Positions 25,609-35,617 are shown, counted from the stretch's first letter. The stretch: 35,617 nucleotides of DNA from Tannerellaceae bacterium (GCA_032058265.1 DAMCDT010000001.1:507-36123), one strand, 5' to 3'. Translations and numbers: made by a program. Notes: generated by a model from the sequence alone, not told the origin.

Positions 25609-28347
25609 TTACCCATTTTTATTTGCTCTTGAGTTTTCCTGATATTCTTTCGGAGTCATTTGATAGAGTGTCTTGAAACATTTGGAGAAATAGGCGGGTG
25701 ATGAGAAACCGGTATTATAGGCGATTTCACTGATGGAGAATTGCTGTTGCTTTAATAATATGGCGGCTTGGCGGAGGCGGTAATTACGTAAGAAATCTAC
25801 CGGGGATATTCCCGTCAACTCTTTTATTTTACGGTGTAAGTGCCCACGGGAAAGGGCTAGTGTATCGCTTAGTTTCTCTACATTAAAATCAGCATCCTGG
25901 TAGATCTCTTCAATACATGAAAGGAGTTTGCGTAAGAACAAGTCATCCATATTTTCCACTTTGCCCGGGTCGGTCTGCAAAAGATTACTGTCCTGTAATT
26001 TTGCCAGCAGTTGTTCGCGAAAGCGTTTACGCTCTTTCAGCAGGCGTATGATCTTCAGCTTTACGAAGTTCATGCTGAAAGGTTTTTGAATATAATCGTC
26101 CGCACCGCCTGAAATAGCAAATGTTTTCTGCCGTTCTTCCGTTAAAGCAGTAAGAAGGATTACGGGGATATGATCGAGAGATATTTTATTCTTAACAGTA
26201 CGGCACAGGTCAAAGCCATTCATTTCAGGCATCATTACATCACTTAGGATAAGTGAAACTTCTTTTTCCTGCAAAATCTCAAGCGCATCTTTCCCATTGA
26301 CGGAAGTAAAGGTTGTAAAGTTTTCTTTTAGTTCTCTTTCCAGATAGGCTAGCACTTCCCGGTCATCTTCAACTATCAGTATATTATACGGATATGTTTC
26401 CGATAATAATGCCTTTTCTTCTTTATCATCTAGTTGGGATGTTTCATAAGATAGTTGGGATACCGGTAGTTCGGTTATAACATCCGTTTCTAAATGTTCC
26501 TTTCCTTTATAGAGCTGTATGGTAAAGATCGTTTCTGTCCCCGGATCACTTGTTACCATAATATCACCCTGATGCATACGTACATATTCCTGTGATAAGT
26601 GTAGGCCGATTCCGGTTCCCGACAAACTGTTCTCTGTATAAAACCGGTCAAACAAATAAGGGATATTGGCTGCTTTAATACCCTGCCCATTATTCTTTAC
26701 AGCCAAATAAACATGTTTATCTCTCTCATGCACAGAGATGCTAATTTCTCCACCATCGGGCGTATATTTAAAAGCATTGGACAACAAGTTGACCAATACT
26801 TTTTCCATTTTATCGGTGTCAATCCAGACAATACATTTTTCTACGGAAGTATAGAAATTATAACGAATGCCCCGGGATTCTGCATTACTATTAAAGTAAG
26901 TTTTAATTTCTTCTGCAAAGGAGATTATATTTGCGGGATGTGCTTTTAGTTCTTCTTTAGAATTTTCCAATTTTCGAAAATCCAGTATCTGGTTAATTAC
27001 CCTGAGTAACCTGTCGGCATTCTTCTGAATTAGCAACATATCGGATAGGTAAGGGGATTCTTTCATCAGGCCGATCAACTTATTTAACGGCCCTAAGATA
27101 AGGGTAAGTGGGGTACGGAGTTCATGTGATATATTTGTAAAGAATTGTAGTTTCTGCGCTGTTACTTCTTTGATCTCGGTATTCAGGGCAATCAGTTTTT
27201 CCTGCTGTTCCTTTTCTTTCCTGTTCAGTTCACGCAGTTCCCGGTTCCGGCGCTTTATTTTTCGATTCATATAGAAAGCATATACAGTCAGAATGTTAAA
27301 ACCAATCATTAATATAGATATCAACTGCAAGGAATTTTCAAGGAACCGGAAGCGGTTTAGTAGTTGGTCTATATTGTTTCGCTGTTGTTCGATACGTCGC
27401 TGGTAATTCGATATTGTCTTTGTTTGCATTAAAAGTGTACGGGCGCTTTGTTTATCCACCCGGGCGCTTTCTAACGGGATATATTTCTCTACCGGTATGC
27501 CTTCCAGTATATTTACGGCAGCGCGTATAATCTGTTCCGCTCCGGTAGGATATATAAACGAAGCATTCAGATGTCCGTCTGCAACAGCTTCCAATCCGGC
27601 TCCCGGTACTGCATCCACCCCAATAACAGGCAGTTGCTTTGAAAGCTCCGGATTACGCTTATCAAAATATTCGCGGGCAGCAATGCCCATCATATCATTG
27701 TGGGCATAGACAAAATCAATTTGCCGGGGAAGTTCCATCCGGGCAATCTGTATACAGGTGGTATCATAGCGCCATTCTCCTTCAAGTGTTATAAAAGATA
27801 AGTCTGTCCTGTTCTTTAAAGCTTCCATAAATCCATGATGGCGTTCTTGTGCCGGGGATGAAGTTTTCATTCCCCATATTTCAAGAAGAGTAGCATTCGT
27901 CGGCAGGTAATTCAATGCGTATTCACCGGCGGTCTTTCCTATCTCATAATTATTGGCTCCTATAAATGTTGTGTAAAGGTCGGTATTTACTTTCCTGTCG
28001 GTTATAATCGTAGGGATGCCTGCCTTATAGGCTTTCTCCGCTATAGGAGTTATCGGATCTGATTGATAAGGTGAAATGATCAGTACATCGACCTTGATAT
28101 CGATCAGTTCCTGTATTTGTCTGATTTGTTGTTCATTATTATTATCCGCGTTACGGATGACCAGTTCGATCTGATCATAGTTGGACGCCTCTAACAGTGT
28201 TTCCCTGATCATGGATTGTCTCCATGCATCATCCAACATACATTGAGATAACCCTACCACATACTTCTTTTCTTTATTCAACGGATGGCAACCACCCAAC
28301 AAATAAATGACAAATAGCGATATTAAAGTGAGGTTCAGGTTTTTCAT
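25609..28347 (-). CDS. Hybrid two-component sensor-regulator with a periplasmic sugar-binding domain (BT1754-like fructose sensor)
   Basis: RbsB-like sensor (DDAWRQSM, YAHNDMM), TM helix, HisKA FFTNISHELRTPLTLI, HATPase NLLSNAFKYT/GTGIGL, receiver ILSDVMMPEMNG and AraC HTH GFSSPAYFSKCFK. Confidence 0.93.
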   Translation of the reverse strand: MKNLNLTLISLFVIYLLGGCHPLNKEKKYVVGLSQCMLDDAWRQSMIRETLLEASNYDQIELVIRNADNNNEQQIRQIQELIDIKVDVLIISPYQSDPITPIAEKAYKAGIPTIITDRKVNTDLYTTFIGANNYEIGKTAGEYALNYLPTNATLLEIWGMKTSSPAQERHHGFMEALKNRTDLSFITLEGEWRYDTTCIQIARMELPRQIDFVYAHNDMMGIAAREYFDKRNPELSKQLPVIGVDAVPGAGLEAVADGHLNASFIYPTGAEQIIRAAVNILEGIPVEKYIPLESARVDKQSARTLLMQTKTISNYQRRIEQQRNNIDQLLNRFRFLENSLQLISILMIGFNILTVYAFYMNRKIKRRNRELRELNRKEKEQQEKLIALNTEIKEVTAQKLQFFTNISHELRTPLTLILGPLNKLIGLMKESPYLSDMLLIQKNADRLLRVINQILDFRKLENSKEELKAHPANIISFAEEIKTYFNSNAESRGIRYNFYTSVEKCIVWIDTDKMEKVLVNLLSNAFKYTPDGGEISISVHERDKHVYLAVKNNGQGIKAANIPYLFDRFYTENSLSGTGIGLHLSQEYVRMHQGDIMVTSDPGTETIFTIQLYKGKEHLETDVITELPVSQLSYETSQLDDKEEKALLSETYPYNILIVEDDREVLAYLERELKENFTTFTSVNGKDALEILQEKEVSLILSDVMMPEMNGFDLCRTVKNKISLDHIPVILLTALTEERQKTFAISGGADDYIQKPFSMNFVKLKIIRLLKERKRFREQLLAKLQDSNLLQTDPGKVENMDDLFLRKLLSCIEEIYQDADFNVEKLSDTLALSRGHLHRKIKELTGISPVDFLRNYRLRQAAILLKQQQFSISEIAYNTGFSSPAYFSKCFKTLYQMTPKEYQENSRANKNG

Positions 28348-28382
28348 ATTAAATTAAGGTAACAGATGAGGCCGAAGATGCA

Positions 28383-29093
28383 CTAGTTATGCACTAATGT
28401 TCCGATATTTTCTCCTGCCATCACCTTTTTGAGATTACCGTTCGTATCCATATCAAAAACAATTATTGGAAGATTATTCTCCTTACACATTGTTGTAGCT
28501 GTCAGGTCCATTACTTTAAGCCCACGGTTATATATTTCATCAAAAGTGATCTCTTCAAATTTAGTAGCGGTCGGGTCTTTTTCCGGATCGGCAGTATAAA
28601 CACCATCCACACGTGTTCCTTTCAGCATTACATCCGCTTCAATCTCAATTCCTCGCAGGGAAGAGCCTGTATCTGTCGTGAAGAATGGATTACCGGTGCC
28701 GCATGACATAATTACTACATTCCCTTGTTCCAATAGTTCGATAGCCCGCCATTTGTTATAGTATTCGCCGATAGGTTCCATCCGGATAGCCGTAAGCACT
28801 TTTGCTTTTACGCCCATAGCAACCAATGCCGAACTCAAGGCAAGGCTGTTAATTACAGTAGCCAACATACCCATCTGGTCACCTTTTACACGGTCGAATC
28901 CTTTGGATGTCCCGCTCAGTCCTCGAAATATATTTCCTCCGCCAATAACAATTCCGATCTGGACACCTATACCGGCAATCTCTTTTATTTGTGAAGCATA
29001 CTCATTCAGGCGGACTTCATCTATACCATATTGTTTACCTCCCATCAGGGATTCGCCACTTAATTTCAGCAGGATACGTTTATATTTAGCCAT
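28383..29093 (-). CDS. pyrH: UMP kinase
   Basis: YKRILLKLSGESL, GGGNIFRG, DQMGMLATVIN, GTGNPFFTTD and GLKVMDLTA. Confidence 0.99.
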   Translation of the reverse strand: MAKYKRILLKLSGESLMGGKQYGIDEVRLNEYASQIKEIAGIGVQIGIVIGGGNIFRGLSGTSKGFDRVKGDQMGMLATVINSLALSSALVAMGVKAKVLTAIRMEPIGEYYNKWRAIELLEQGNVVIMSCGTGNPFFTTDTGSSLRGIEIEADVMLKGTRVDGVYTADPEKDPTATKFEEITFDEIYNRGLKVMDLTATTMCKENNLPIIVFDMDTNGNLKKVMAGENIGTLVHN

Positions 29094-29113
29094 AAGTTTC
29101 TGTTTGTTTCATG

Positions 29114-29146
29114 CAAAAATAACATTTTTATTAAGGTAAGCTCAAA
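29114..29146 (-). promoter_or_regulatory. Housekeeping promoter of pyrH
   Basis: Minus strand TTTG-N21-TATTTTTG, matching the full Bacteroidetes -33/-7 consensus. Confidence 0.75.
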
Positions 29147-29474
29147 AAAGGATAACTTGAATAATGAAATCTTTTCTTAACAATCCATTTACAGTCTTGC
29201 AACAGGAATAGTAGTTATTTGCAGCAATAAATTTTAACTAAAACAAAAGATAATGGAAAAGACATTGTTTTTACTAATCTTATTAACCGAACGACTTTTA
29301 AAAGAGCACATATCTTTTGAAAAAGCAAAAAAAGTTTATTTCTGTTTAGGTACTTTTCATTGTTGGGTTGTATTTAATATGAACGGCAACAATGGTTGCA
29401 CTAAAATCTTAAAATGATACTGACATGAAAAAGTTCTTTTATCGTAAGGTTAATCTTAAAAACACAAAAAAAGT

Positions 29475-32400
29475 ATGAAGATGAAAATGAAAAAGCTAGT
29501 TCCCACTAAACGTCTATTTATTGGGTTGTTGTTATGCTGTTTTGTGGCAACTGCTTATGCAGTCCCTTCACACAGTGCATTTGATCAACGATTTGACGTA
29601 GAATTATCGCTGAACAACGCCACACTGAAAACAGTGGTGAAATCTCTTAAAAAACAAACGGATATTCTTTTTTCGTACGACACTTCTCTGGAATCGATGC
29701 GGGTGAATAATATTTCGGTAAAAGCACAGGATGAAGATATTGAAACTATCCTGGACCAGGTGTTCAGCAATACCGGTATAAAATATAAGATAGAAGACCG
29801 TATTGTAATGCTTTATACAGATGCTAAAGCATCCGCAAAAGCCAATGGGAAACAACAGAGCACAAAAACGATCTCAGGTATTATAAAAGATGCTTTAGGC
29901 GACCCAGTCATTGGAGCTAATGTGTTGGTAAAAGGTACAAATCTCGGGGTTACTACCGGCTTGGATGGTGAGTTCCAGTTTGAAGTTCCTCAAAATGCGG
30001 TACTTGTTATCAGTTATATTGGATATTTATCACAAGAAATTAATGTAGGTAACCAATCGACATTCAATATCATTTTGCAGGAAGATACTCAGAAGCTTGA
30101 TGAAGTTGTTGTTGTAGGTTATGGTATTATGAAGAAGAGCGACTTGTCAGCGGCCGTTTCTTCCGTTGCCAATGTTGATAAATTATTAGAACGTCCGATT
30201 ACAAGCGCTGAAGAAATGCTACAAGGTCAAATCCCCGGTGTGACGATCACTTATAACGGAGGACACCCTCAATCAAAGCCTAGTATTACTATCCGTGGTA
30301 TGGGCTCACGTAGCTCCGAATCTCCTTTGTATGTAGTGGATGGAGTTCCGGGAGCACCTTTCAATATGAGTGATGTGGTATCAATGACTGTATTGAAGGA
30401 TGCTGCTTCCGCAGCTATTTACGGAGCGTACGCAGGATCGGCAGGTGTTATCTTGGTAACTACCCGCCAGGCAGCCGCAGGACATACTTCAGTGGAATAC
30501 AATGGTGTAACCGGCTTTTCGAATGCTACAAACTTACCTCAGTCTCTTACGATTGAAGAAGAGAGAATGGTGCGAGCTGTAGCTTTGGGTGGAGAACAAT
30601 ATCTTCCTACAGGTTGGGATGTTACAAAAAACCCTTATATTGGACAAACACGTACGGATTGGATAGACGAAATATTTCGTACGGCTCCGTTTCAACGTCA
30701 CAACGTTGCTATTTCCGGTGGTACTGAAGAATTTTCGAACAGGGCTTCCTTTGAATATTCAGATCGTCAGGGAACATTGATCAATACATATAATAAGTCG
30801 ATCACGGCCCGCTTGAACTCTATGTGGAAAATAAATAAATACATCCGAATCCGTGAAGACCTGTCATGGCAAAACGTACAAAATCGCGGAGCAAATACGT
30901 CAAGCGCGGAATCAGGTGTCATTCTATCAGCGTTGATGATGCCACGTAATGCAGAAGTGTATACTGCAGACGGTAAATACGGAGGTACGGCCCCAAGTGA
31001 TCAGGCATACATTGAAAAGTACGGTGATAATTTCGCCAGTATACATGGGGATGCGATCAATCCGGTACGTATATTAAAAGCAGACTATGATCAGAACAAT
31101 AAATCAAGCCTGACATCTTCTACTTTCCTGGATATTATGGAACCTATCAAAGGGTTGAACTTCACTTCTCGTTTCACTTATATGCAGCACAATTATTTCC
31201 AACGGTATTTTAATACCAGGCGATTGGAGCCGGGAAAACCTCAGGATCGAAATGAATTAAGATATAGAACATACCGTCAACCGGAATGGAACTTTGAAAA
31301 TACCTTGAATTACGACCGCGTATTTGGTGCGCATAATGTGGGTTTAATGGCTTCAACCACAGCCAATGAGTCATCCTATCGTTGGTTTCAGGCATCAGCC
31401 CGTGATTTCCAAAGCGAAGACGAGGCATTGATGTATTTTACTCAAGCTGGATTACATGACCAATCTCAGGATTTATTCTGGAAAGACAGAAATGTATCGG
31501 TGGTGGGACGTGTATCATATAGTTTCGCAGACAGATACTTTGTAACCGCTTCCTGGCGTCGTGACTATGCAGGCCGTCTGCCTAAAGGTGAAAAGTATGG
31601 CGACTTTCCTTCTGTAACCGGTGCATGGAAGATCACTTCAGAACCTTTCTTTCCCAAGAATGATATACTAAACCTATTGAAAGTTCGTGCCAGTTGGGGA
31701 CGTATCGGTAACTTAGGTTCTATTAAACGAGGATATGGTTATCCGGTACTGGAAAAATATCAGATTGGCGGAGGTGATGTTGGTGGACAAATAGGTTATG
31801 AAACTCCTATACAAATCGGTATGTATAATAAAACCGGTTATAACCCCTTCCTTACCTGGGAAACGTCAGAACAGTTAGACCTCGGTATTGATGCGGCTTT
31901 CTTAAACAATCGCTTGAACCTTACCTTTGATTATTTCAAGAAGAAAACTATGGATTTAATTAAAGATCAGGATGCGGGTTGGACAAAAAGTATTGGTATA
32001 AATCCTATGTTGATAAATGAAGGCGAAATACATAATAGCGGTATCGAATTGGCGGCAACATGGATGGATAGAGCCGGTAAGGTTGATTATTGGGTATCAG
32101 GAAATCTTGCGACATTAAAAAATAAAGTTTATGATATTGGCCAGCCGGGTCCTGATGGGAAGAAACCGGTATGGACAGACGGAGGGAAGTTTAAAGACCT
32201 TGATCCATTCCGTTCTGCAGAAGGTGAACCAATTTATTCATTCTATCTGATCCAGTCGGATGGTGTATTCAAATCACAACAAGAGATTGACGCCCATGTG
32301 GATAAAGATGGAAATAAAATTCAACCGAAAGCAGAAATAGGAGACTTAAAGTTTATCGATGAAGACGGCGATGGTAAAATTGACGGAAACGACCGTGTAT

Positions 32401-32954
32401 TTATGGGTAATGCCATGCCTAAATTAACCTATGCCCTGTCTGCGGGATTAACCTGGAATAACTTTAATTTTAGTTTTATGCTACAAGGTGTAAATGGGGT
32501 CAAGATATTTAATGCATACAAATTCTCCACATTGAATGAATCATTAAGTAGTTTTAACCGATCACGTGAAATACTAAAAGCACTGGATGGACCAAATGAT
32601 AAAGTACCACGTATCTCAGCTAGTGATCCAAACGGAAATTTCTCAACCGTATCAGATTATTACCTGGAGGATGGCGATTATTTACGTATCAAGAATATTT
32701 CAATAGGATACTCCTTTACGAACCTGTTCCGTAAAATAGGATATTTAGCTGATCGTAAAAGTACATTAGACCTGACATTCAGTATCGATAACCTGGCTAC
32801 TTTTACAAAATATTCGGGAATTGATCCGGAAGTTGGTAGTACGCCTACTTCTCTCGATGATCCTAATGCTACTTCTACATATTCCTACGGATTGGATCGT
32901 GGTCAATATCCGGTATCCCGTACTTACTCTATTGCCTTGAAACTAAAGTTTTAA
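29475..32954 (+). CDS. SusC/RagA-family TonB-dependent transporter with an N-terminal STN signalling domain
   Basis: STN-like N-terminal extension, DALGDPVIGANVLVKGT, LDEVVVVGYG, PLYVVDGVP, VLKDAASAAIYG, LTWETSEQLDLGID and C-terminal YPVSRTYSIALKLKF. Confidence 0.96.
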   Translation: MKMKMKKLVPTKRLFIGLLLCCFVATAYAVPSHSAFDQRFDVELSLNNATLKTVVKSLKKQTDILFSYDTSLESMRVNNISVKAQDEDIETILDQVFSNTGIKYKIEDRIVMLYTDAKASAKANGKQQSTKTISGIIKDALGDPVIGANVLVKGTNLGVTTGLDGEFQFEVPQNAVLVISYIGYLSQEINVGNQSTFNIILQEDTQKLDEVVVVGYGIMKKSDLSAAVSSVANVDKLLERPITSAEEMLQGQIPGVTITYNGGHPQSKPSITIRGMGSRSSESPLYVVDGVPGAPFNMSDVVSMTVLKDAASAAIYGAYAGSAGVILVTTRQAAAGHTSVEYNGVTGFSNATNLPQSLTIEEERMVRAVALGGEQYLPTGWDVTKNPYIGQTRTDWIDEIFRTAPFQRHNVAISGGTEEFSNRASFEYSDRQGTLINTYNKSITARLNSMWKINKYIRIREDLSWQNVQNRGANTSSAESGVILSALMMPRNAEVYTADGKYGGTAPSDQAYIEKYGDNFASIHGDAINPVRILKADYDQNNKSSLTSSTFLDIMEPIKGLNFTSRFTYMQHNYFQRYFNTRRLEPGKPQDRNELRYRTYRQPEWNFENTLNYDRVFGAHNVGLMASTTANESSYRWFQASARDFQSEDEALMYFTQAGLHDQSQDLFWKDRNVSVVGRVSYSFADRYFVTASWRRDYAGRLPKGEKYGDFPSVTGAWKITSEPFFPKNDILNLLKVRASWGRIGNLGSIKRGYGYPVLEKYQIGGGDVGGQIGYETPIQIGMYNKTGYNPFLTWETSEQLDLGIDAAFLNNRLNLTFDYFKKKTMDLIKDQDAGWTKSIGINPMLINEGEIHNSGIELAATWMDRAGKVDYWVSGNLATLKNKVYDIGQPGPDGKKPVWTDGGKFKDLDPFRSAEGEPIYSFYLIQSDGVFKSQQEIDAHVDKDGNKIQPKAEIGDLKFIDEDGDGKIDGNDRVFMGNAMPKLTYALSAGLTWNNFNFSFMLQGVNGVKIFNAYKFSTLNESLSSFNRSREILKALDGPNDKVPRISASDPNGNFSTVSDYYLEDGDYLRIKNISIGYSFTNLFRKIGYLADRKSTLDLTFSIDNLATFTKYSGIDPEVGSTPTSLDDPNATSTYSYGLDRGQYPVSRTYSIALKLKF

Positions 32955-32973
32955 CATTAATAAAGATATAACG

Positions 32974-34650
32974 ATGAAATTAAAAATATTATCAATTATT
33001 ACTCTTGCTGCATTTGTATTTACTGCTTGCAGTGATTGGTTGGATGTAAAACCGGAAGGAACGCCTAATTCAGGCTCCTACTGGAAAACGGATGCCGACT
33101 TTGAAACGGCTGTAATATCTATTTATGGTTGTTTCTCGCAGGAAGAAACCTGGGGGCGTGATTTATTCTGGGAACAAGGAGCTTCTGATGATATATTCTT
33201 CTCCAGATCCAGAGGGAATGCCCAAATGAATCTGGCAAACTTGGTTCCTGATGGTTCATCTGAAGGTAGTATAAAAAACATTTATAATGAAATGTATCGG
33301 ACGATGTCGGTATGTAACGATATTATTTATAATGCGTTAAATACAGAAAGCAGATCATCTGTAATAAATCGATGTTTAGGAGAAGCTTACTTTATGCGTG
33401 CCTTTACTCATTTTATGATTGCTTACCGGTATGGACGGCCTGATAATGGAGTACCTTTTACCCGTTATGAATTATATGAGGATTACGATGCCGAAAAAGT
33501 TCAAATTCCGGAGCAAATGGCTACGGTAATGGATAACTATCAACTTATAATTGAAGACCTTGATAAAGCGATGGAATTATTACCCTGGTTCAATCAATAC
33601 GGACAAGATGATTATGGCAGGGCAACGAAAGATGCCGCGTTAGGTTATAAGATTAAAACATTAGCTTATTGGGCGCAACACGATGCTTCTAAATGGAATG
33701 AAATTCCTGCTTTAGTAGACAGGCTTGAGAGTGAAGGCGGGCGAGGGCTGTTAGATAACTTCGCTGATGTATTTACGATTGCAAATGAATGGGGCAAGGA
33801 ATATATATGGTCTGTCAATAGCTCAGGAACATTGATGGCGGGAAGTATCTTCCCTGGTATTATGCTTGATAATAAAGGTTGGGGCCGCTACAATGGTTGG
33901 GGTAACTTTAAACCGACATTGGAATTATGGGCTGAATATGATGAAAATGACTTACGCCGTCCGGTAACAATCCTTCAATATGGAGACCCGTTTGTTTTCT
34001 TCGGTGAGAATCGTCGTTTCTTCTCAACTGCAGACTTGGAATGCGGATTCCATTTCAACAAATATATGGAGCCGTTTAAGTATGGTACATTTGATCCGCA
34101 ATCAGGTGCAGGAATCAGTGACAGGATATCTCCTAACGGCGACCGTCCTACGACTGATCTGAATCTGCCATTAATCCGTTTTGCTGAAATGTTATTGTTC
34201 AAAGCGGAGGCTTTAATTGAAAATGGAAATGGAGCTGAAGCAGCAAAAGTGCTGAACCGTATTGCCAAACGTGCCGGTATGGGCGAACCTTATACCAATG
34301 CTACAATGACTGACTTAATGCACGAACGCAGATGCGAATTAGCAGGCGAATATACCGACCGTGTAATGGACTTAAAACGTTGGGCACCTAAGTATCCTGT
34401 TGCCAAGCAAATGCTTGAAGCCGCTAAACACGGATTGAAGTATTTGGATCGTTCTGATCCTGATTCTCCACTAGACCTGGAAAACAGTACAACAAAAATG
34501 ATTAATGGTAAGACATACAAAGGTGTTATCGAAATTATGTCGGCTAAAACATATAATCCGGATGTGGCCTGTGTACTTCCTTATGAAGTAAATGAGGTCG
34601 TAAAAGCGCAAGGAGCTCTTAAACAAAATCCTGGTTATAACAGTAACTAA
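32974..34650 (+). CDS. SusD/RagB-family lipoprotein
   Basis: Lipobox FTA-CSDWLDVKP, GEAYFMRAFTHF, GRATKDAA, IRFAEMLLFKAEAL, ERRCELAGE..DLKRW and QNPGY. Confidence 0.96.
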   Translation: MKLKILSIITLAAFVFTACSDWLDVKPEGTPNSGSYWKTDADFETAVISIYGCFSQEETWGRDLFWEQGASDDIFFSRSRGNAQMNLANLVPDGSSEGSIKNIYNEMYRTMSVCNDIIYNALNTESRSSVINRCLGEAYFMRAFTHFMIAYRYGRPDNGVPFTRYELYEDYDAEKVQIPEQMATVMDNYQLIIEDLDKAMELLPWFNQYGQDDYGRATKDAALGYKIKTLAYWAQHDASKWNEIPALVDRLESEGGRGLLDNFADVFTIANEWGKEYIWSVNSSGTLMAGSIFPGIMLDNKGWGRYNGWGNFKPTLELWAEYDENDLRRPVTILQYGDPFVFFGENRRFFSTADLECGFHFNKYMEPFKYGTFDPQSGAGISDRISPNGDRPTTDLNLPLIRFAEMLLFKAEALIENGNGAEAAKVLNRIAKRAGMGEPYTNATMTDLMHERRCELAGEYTDRVMDLKRWAPKYPVAKQMLEAAKHGLKYLDRSDPDSPLDLENSTTKMINGKTYKGVIEIMSAKTYNPDVACVLPYEVNEVVKAQGALKQNPGYNSN

Positions 34651-34684
34651 ACCCTTCCATTAAAGTTCAAAGAGTAATGAAGGG

Positions 34685-34727
34685 AAGCGGGCTATTTTCA
34701 ATCGAATGATTCGGGATGGCCCGCTTT
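34685..34727 (+). terminator. Stem-loop after susD (terminator or stability hairpin)
   Basis: AAGCGGGCTATTTT..AATC-GAAT-GATT..GGGATGGCCCGCTT followed by only a short U-tract. Confidence 0.55.
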
Positions 34728-34756
34728 GTATATGTCTGATTCTTCGGTTATCTTCG
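34725..34756 (+). promoter_or_regulatory. Candidate promoter of the EEP gene
   Basis: TTTG-N20-TATCTTCG, one mismatch from TAnnTTTG. Confidence 0.5.
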
Positions 34757-34795
34757 TAGTGTAAATCGACAATCATTAATCAAAAGTATATATCC

Positions 34796-35617
34796 ATGAA
34801 AAATCTTCTTTATTTATTTTTATTCACGTTATTGCTTTCATGCAATAATAAGCCGGTAGAATTAAATGTGATGACATTTAATATCCGGTATGATAATCCG
34901 GAAGACAGTCTCAATAACTGGCAATATCGTAAAGATGTCGCGGCAGACATAATTAAAATGAATGACATTGATCTGTTAGGCACACAGGAGGTTTTAGCTA
35001 ATCAATTAAATGATTTGAAAGAAAGATTACCGGAATATAAGTCTATTGGTGTCGGACGAGAAGATGGTATTGACAAGGGAGAATATAGCGCTATCTTTTA
35101 TAAGAAAGATCGCTTTTCTGAAGTGCAGTCAGGTTATTTTTGGCTGAGCGAAACGCCTGAAGTTCCCGGTTCAAAAGGTTGGGATGGCGCGTGTGAACGG
35201 ATTGCAACCTGGGCTGTTCTGAAAGATAACGAAATCAATAAACAATTATTTTTCATCAATACTCATTTAGATCATGTAGGTAAAGTAGCCCGGCAAGAAG
35301 GAGTAACACTTTTACTGAACAAAGCAAAAGAGATAAGTAATGGATTGCCGGTAATCATAACCGGAGACTTTAACGCGCGTCCTGAATCAGATGTAATTAG
35401 GCATGTGTTGGAAAGCGGCGAATTCAAAGATAGCCGATTGATTGCCCAGAACAAAGTAGAAAGGCCCGGCACATTCCATGCATTCGGGAGAGTGCCTGAA
35501 GAAAGAAAAGATTATATTGATTATATCTTTGTAACTGACCAGATATCGGTTCTTTCTTATGAAGTTCTTCCTGAGAAACTAAATGATATATATGTTTCTG
35601 ATCATACTCCTGTAAAA
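34796..35617 (+). CDS. Endonuclease/exonuclease/phosphatase (EEP) family lipoprotein, 3'-truncated
   Basis: Not in the ORF track because there is no stop in the window. Manual translation: MKNLLYLFLFTLLLS-CNNKPVELNVMTFNIRY..GTQEV..FINTHLDH..ITGDFNA..IDYIF..SDHTPVK, with the EEP catalytic motifs present. Confidence 0.93.
   Translation, partial: MKNLLYLFLFTLLLSCNNKPVELNVMTFNIRYDNPEDSLNNWQYRKDVAADIIKMNDIDLLGTQEVLANQLNDLKERLPEYKSIGVGREDGIDKGEYSAIFYKKDRFSEVQSGYFWLSETPEVPGSKGWDGACERIATWAVLKDNEINKQLFFINTHLDHVGKVARQEGVTLLLNKAKEISNGLPVIITGDFNARPESDVIRHVLESGEFKDSRLIAQNKVERPGTFHAFGRVPEERKDYIDYIFVTDQISVLSYEVLPEKLNDIYVSDHTPVK

Noticed and set aside
442..34520. Many 60-150 aa ORFs nested in or antisense to long genes
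   Set aside because: They lie within well-supported CDSs and show no family motifs of their own.
29475..34650. susC/susD as the transporter of the fructan locus
   Set aside because: They are divergent, separated from it by pyrH, carry an STN domain that suggests ECF control, and have no CTATAACA repeat upstream.
35272..35472. 66-aa minus-strand ORF
   Set aside because: It is an antisense shadow of the EEP gene on the plus strand.

Overview
Chromosomal window from a Bacteroidales bacterium, judged from TAnnTTTG promoters, a SusC/SusD pair, a hybrid two-component system (HTCS), TamL/TamB and a T9SS-type C-terminal domain. Left to right: (1) the 3' end of an uncharacterised envelope operon (5'-truncated hypothetical, triple-PKD lipoprotein, 557-aa outer-membrane beta-barrel), converging on tamB-tamL; (2) an AT-rich block with a DUF3836-like secreted protein, two DUF2975 membrane paralogs plus a YozG-type XRE regulator, and a divergent 1144-aa GLUG-type/InlB-B surface protein; (3) rpsO and typA; (4) a lipoprotein with a long Ser/Thr/Arg tail; (5) a fructose/fructan locus with no SusC/D (HTCS, GH32, fructokinase, MFS permease); (6) pyrH; (7) an STN-type susC, susD and a 3'-truncated EEP-family lipoprotein missing from the ORF track. 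I saw no rRNA, tRNA, CRISPR array or transposase. The best candidate for an undescribed system is the PKD-lipoprotein/beta-barrel module. The clearest non-coding signals are phased foldback repeats at 25.2-25.55 kb, a 33-bp inverted repeat around a promoter at 14.0-14.1 kb, and a 21-bp-period candidate HTCS operator. All family calls come from recognising motifs by eye, not from database searches.
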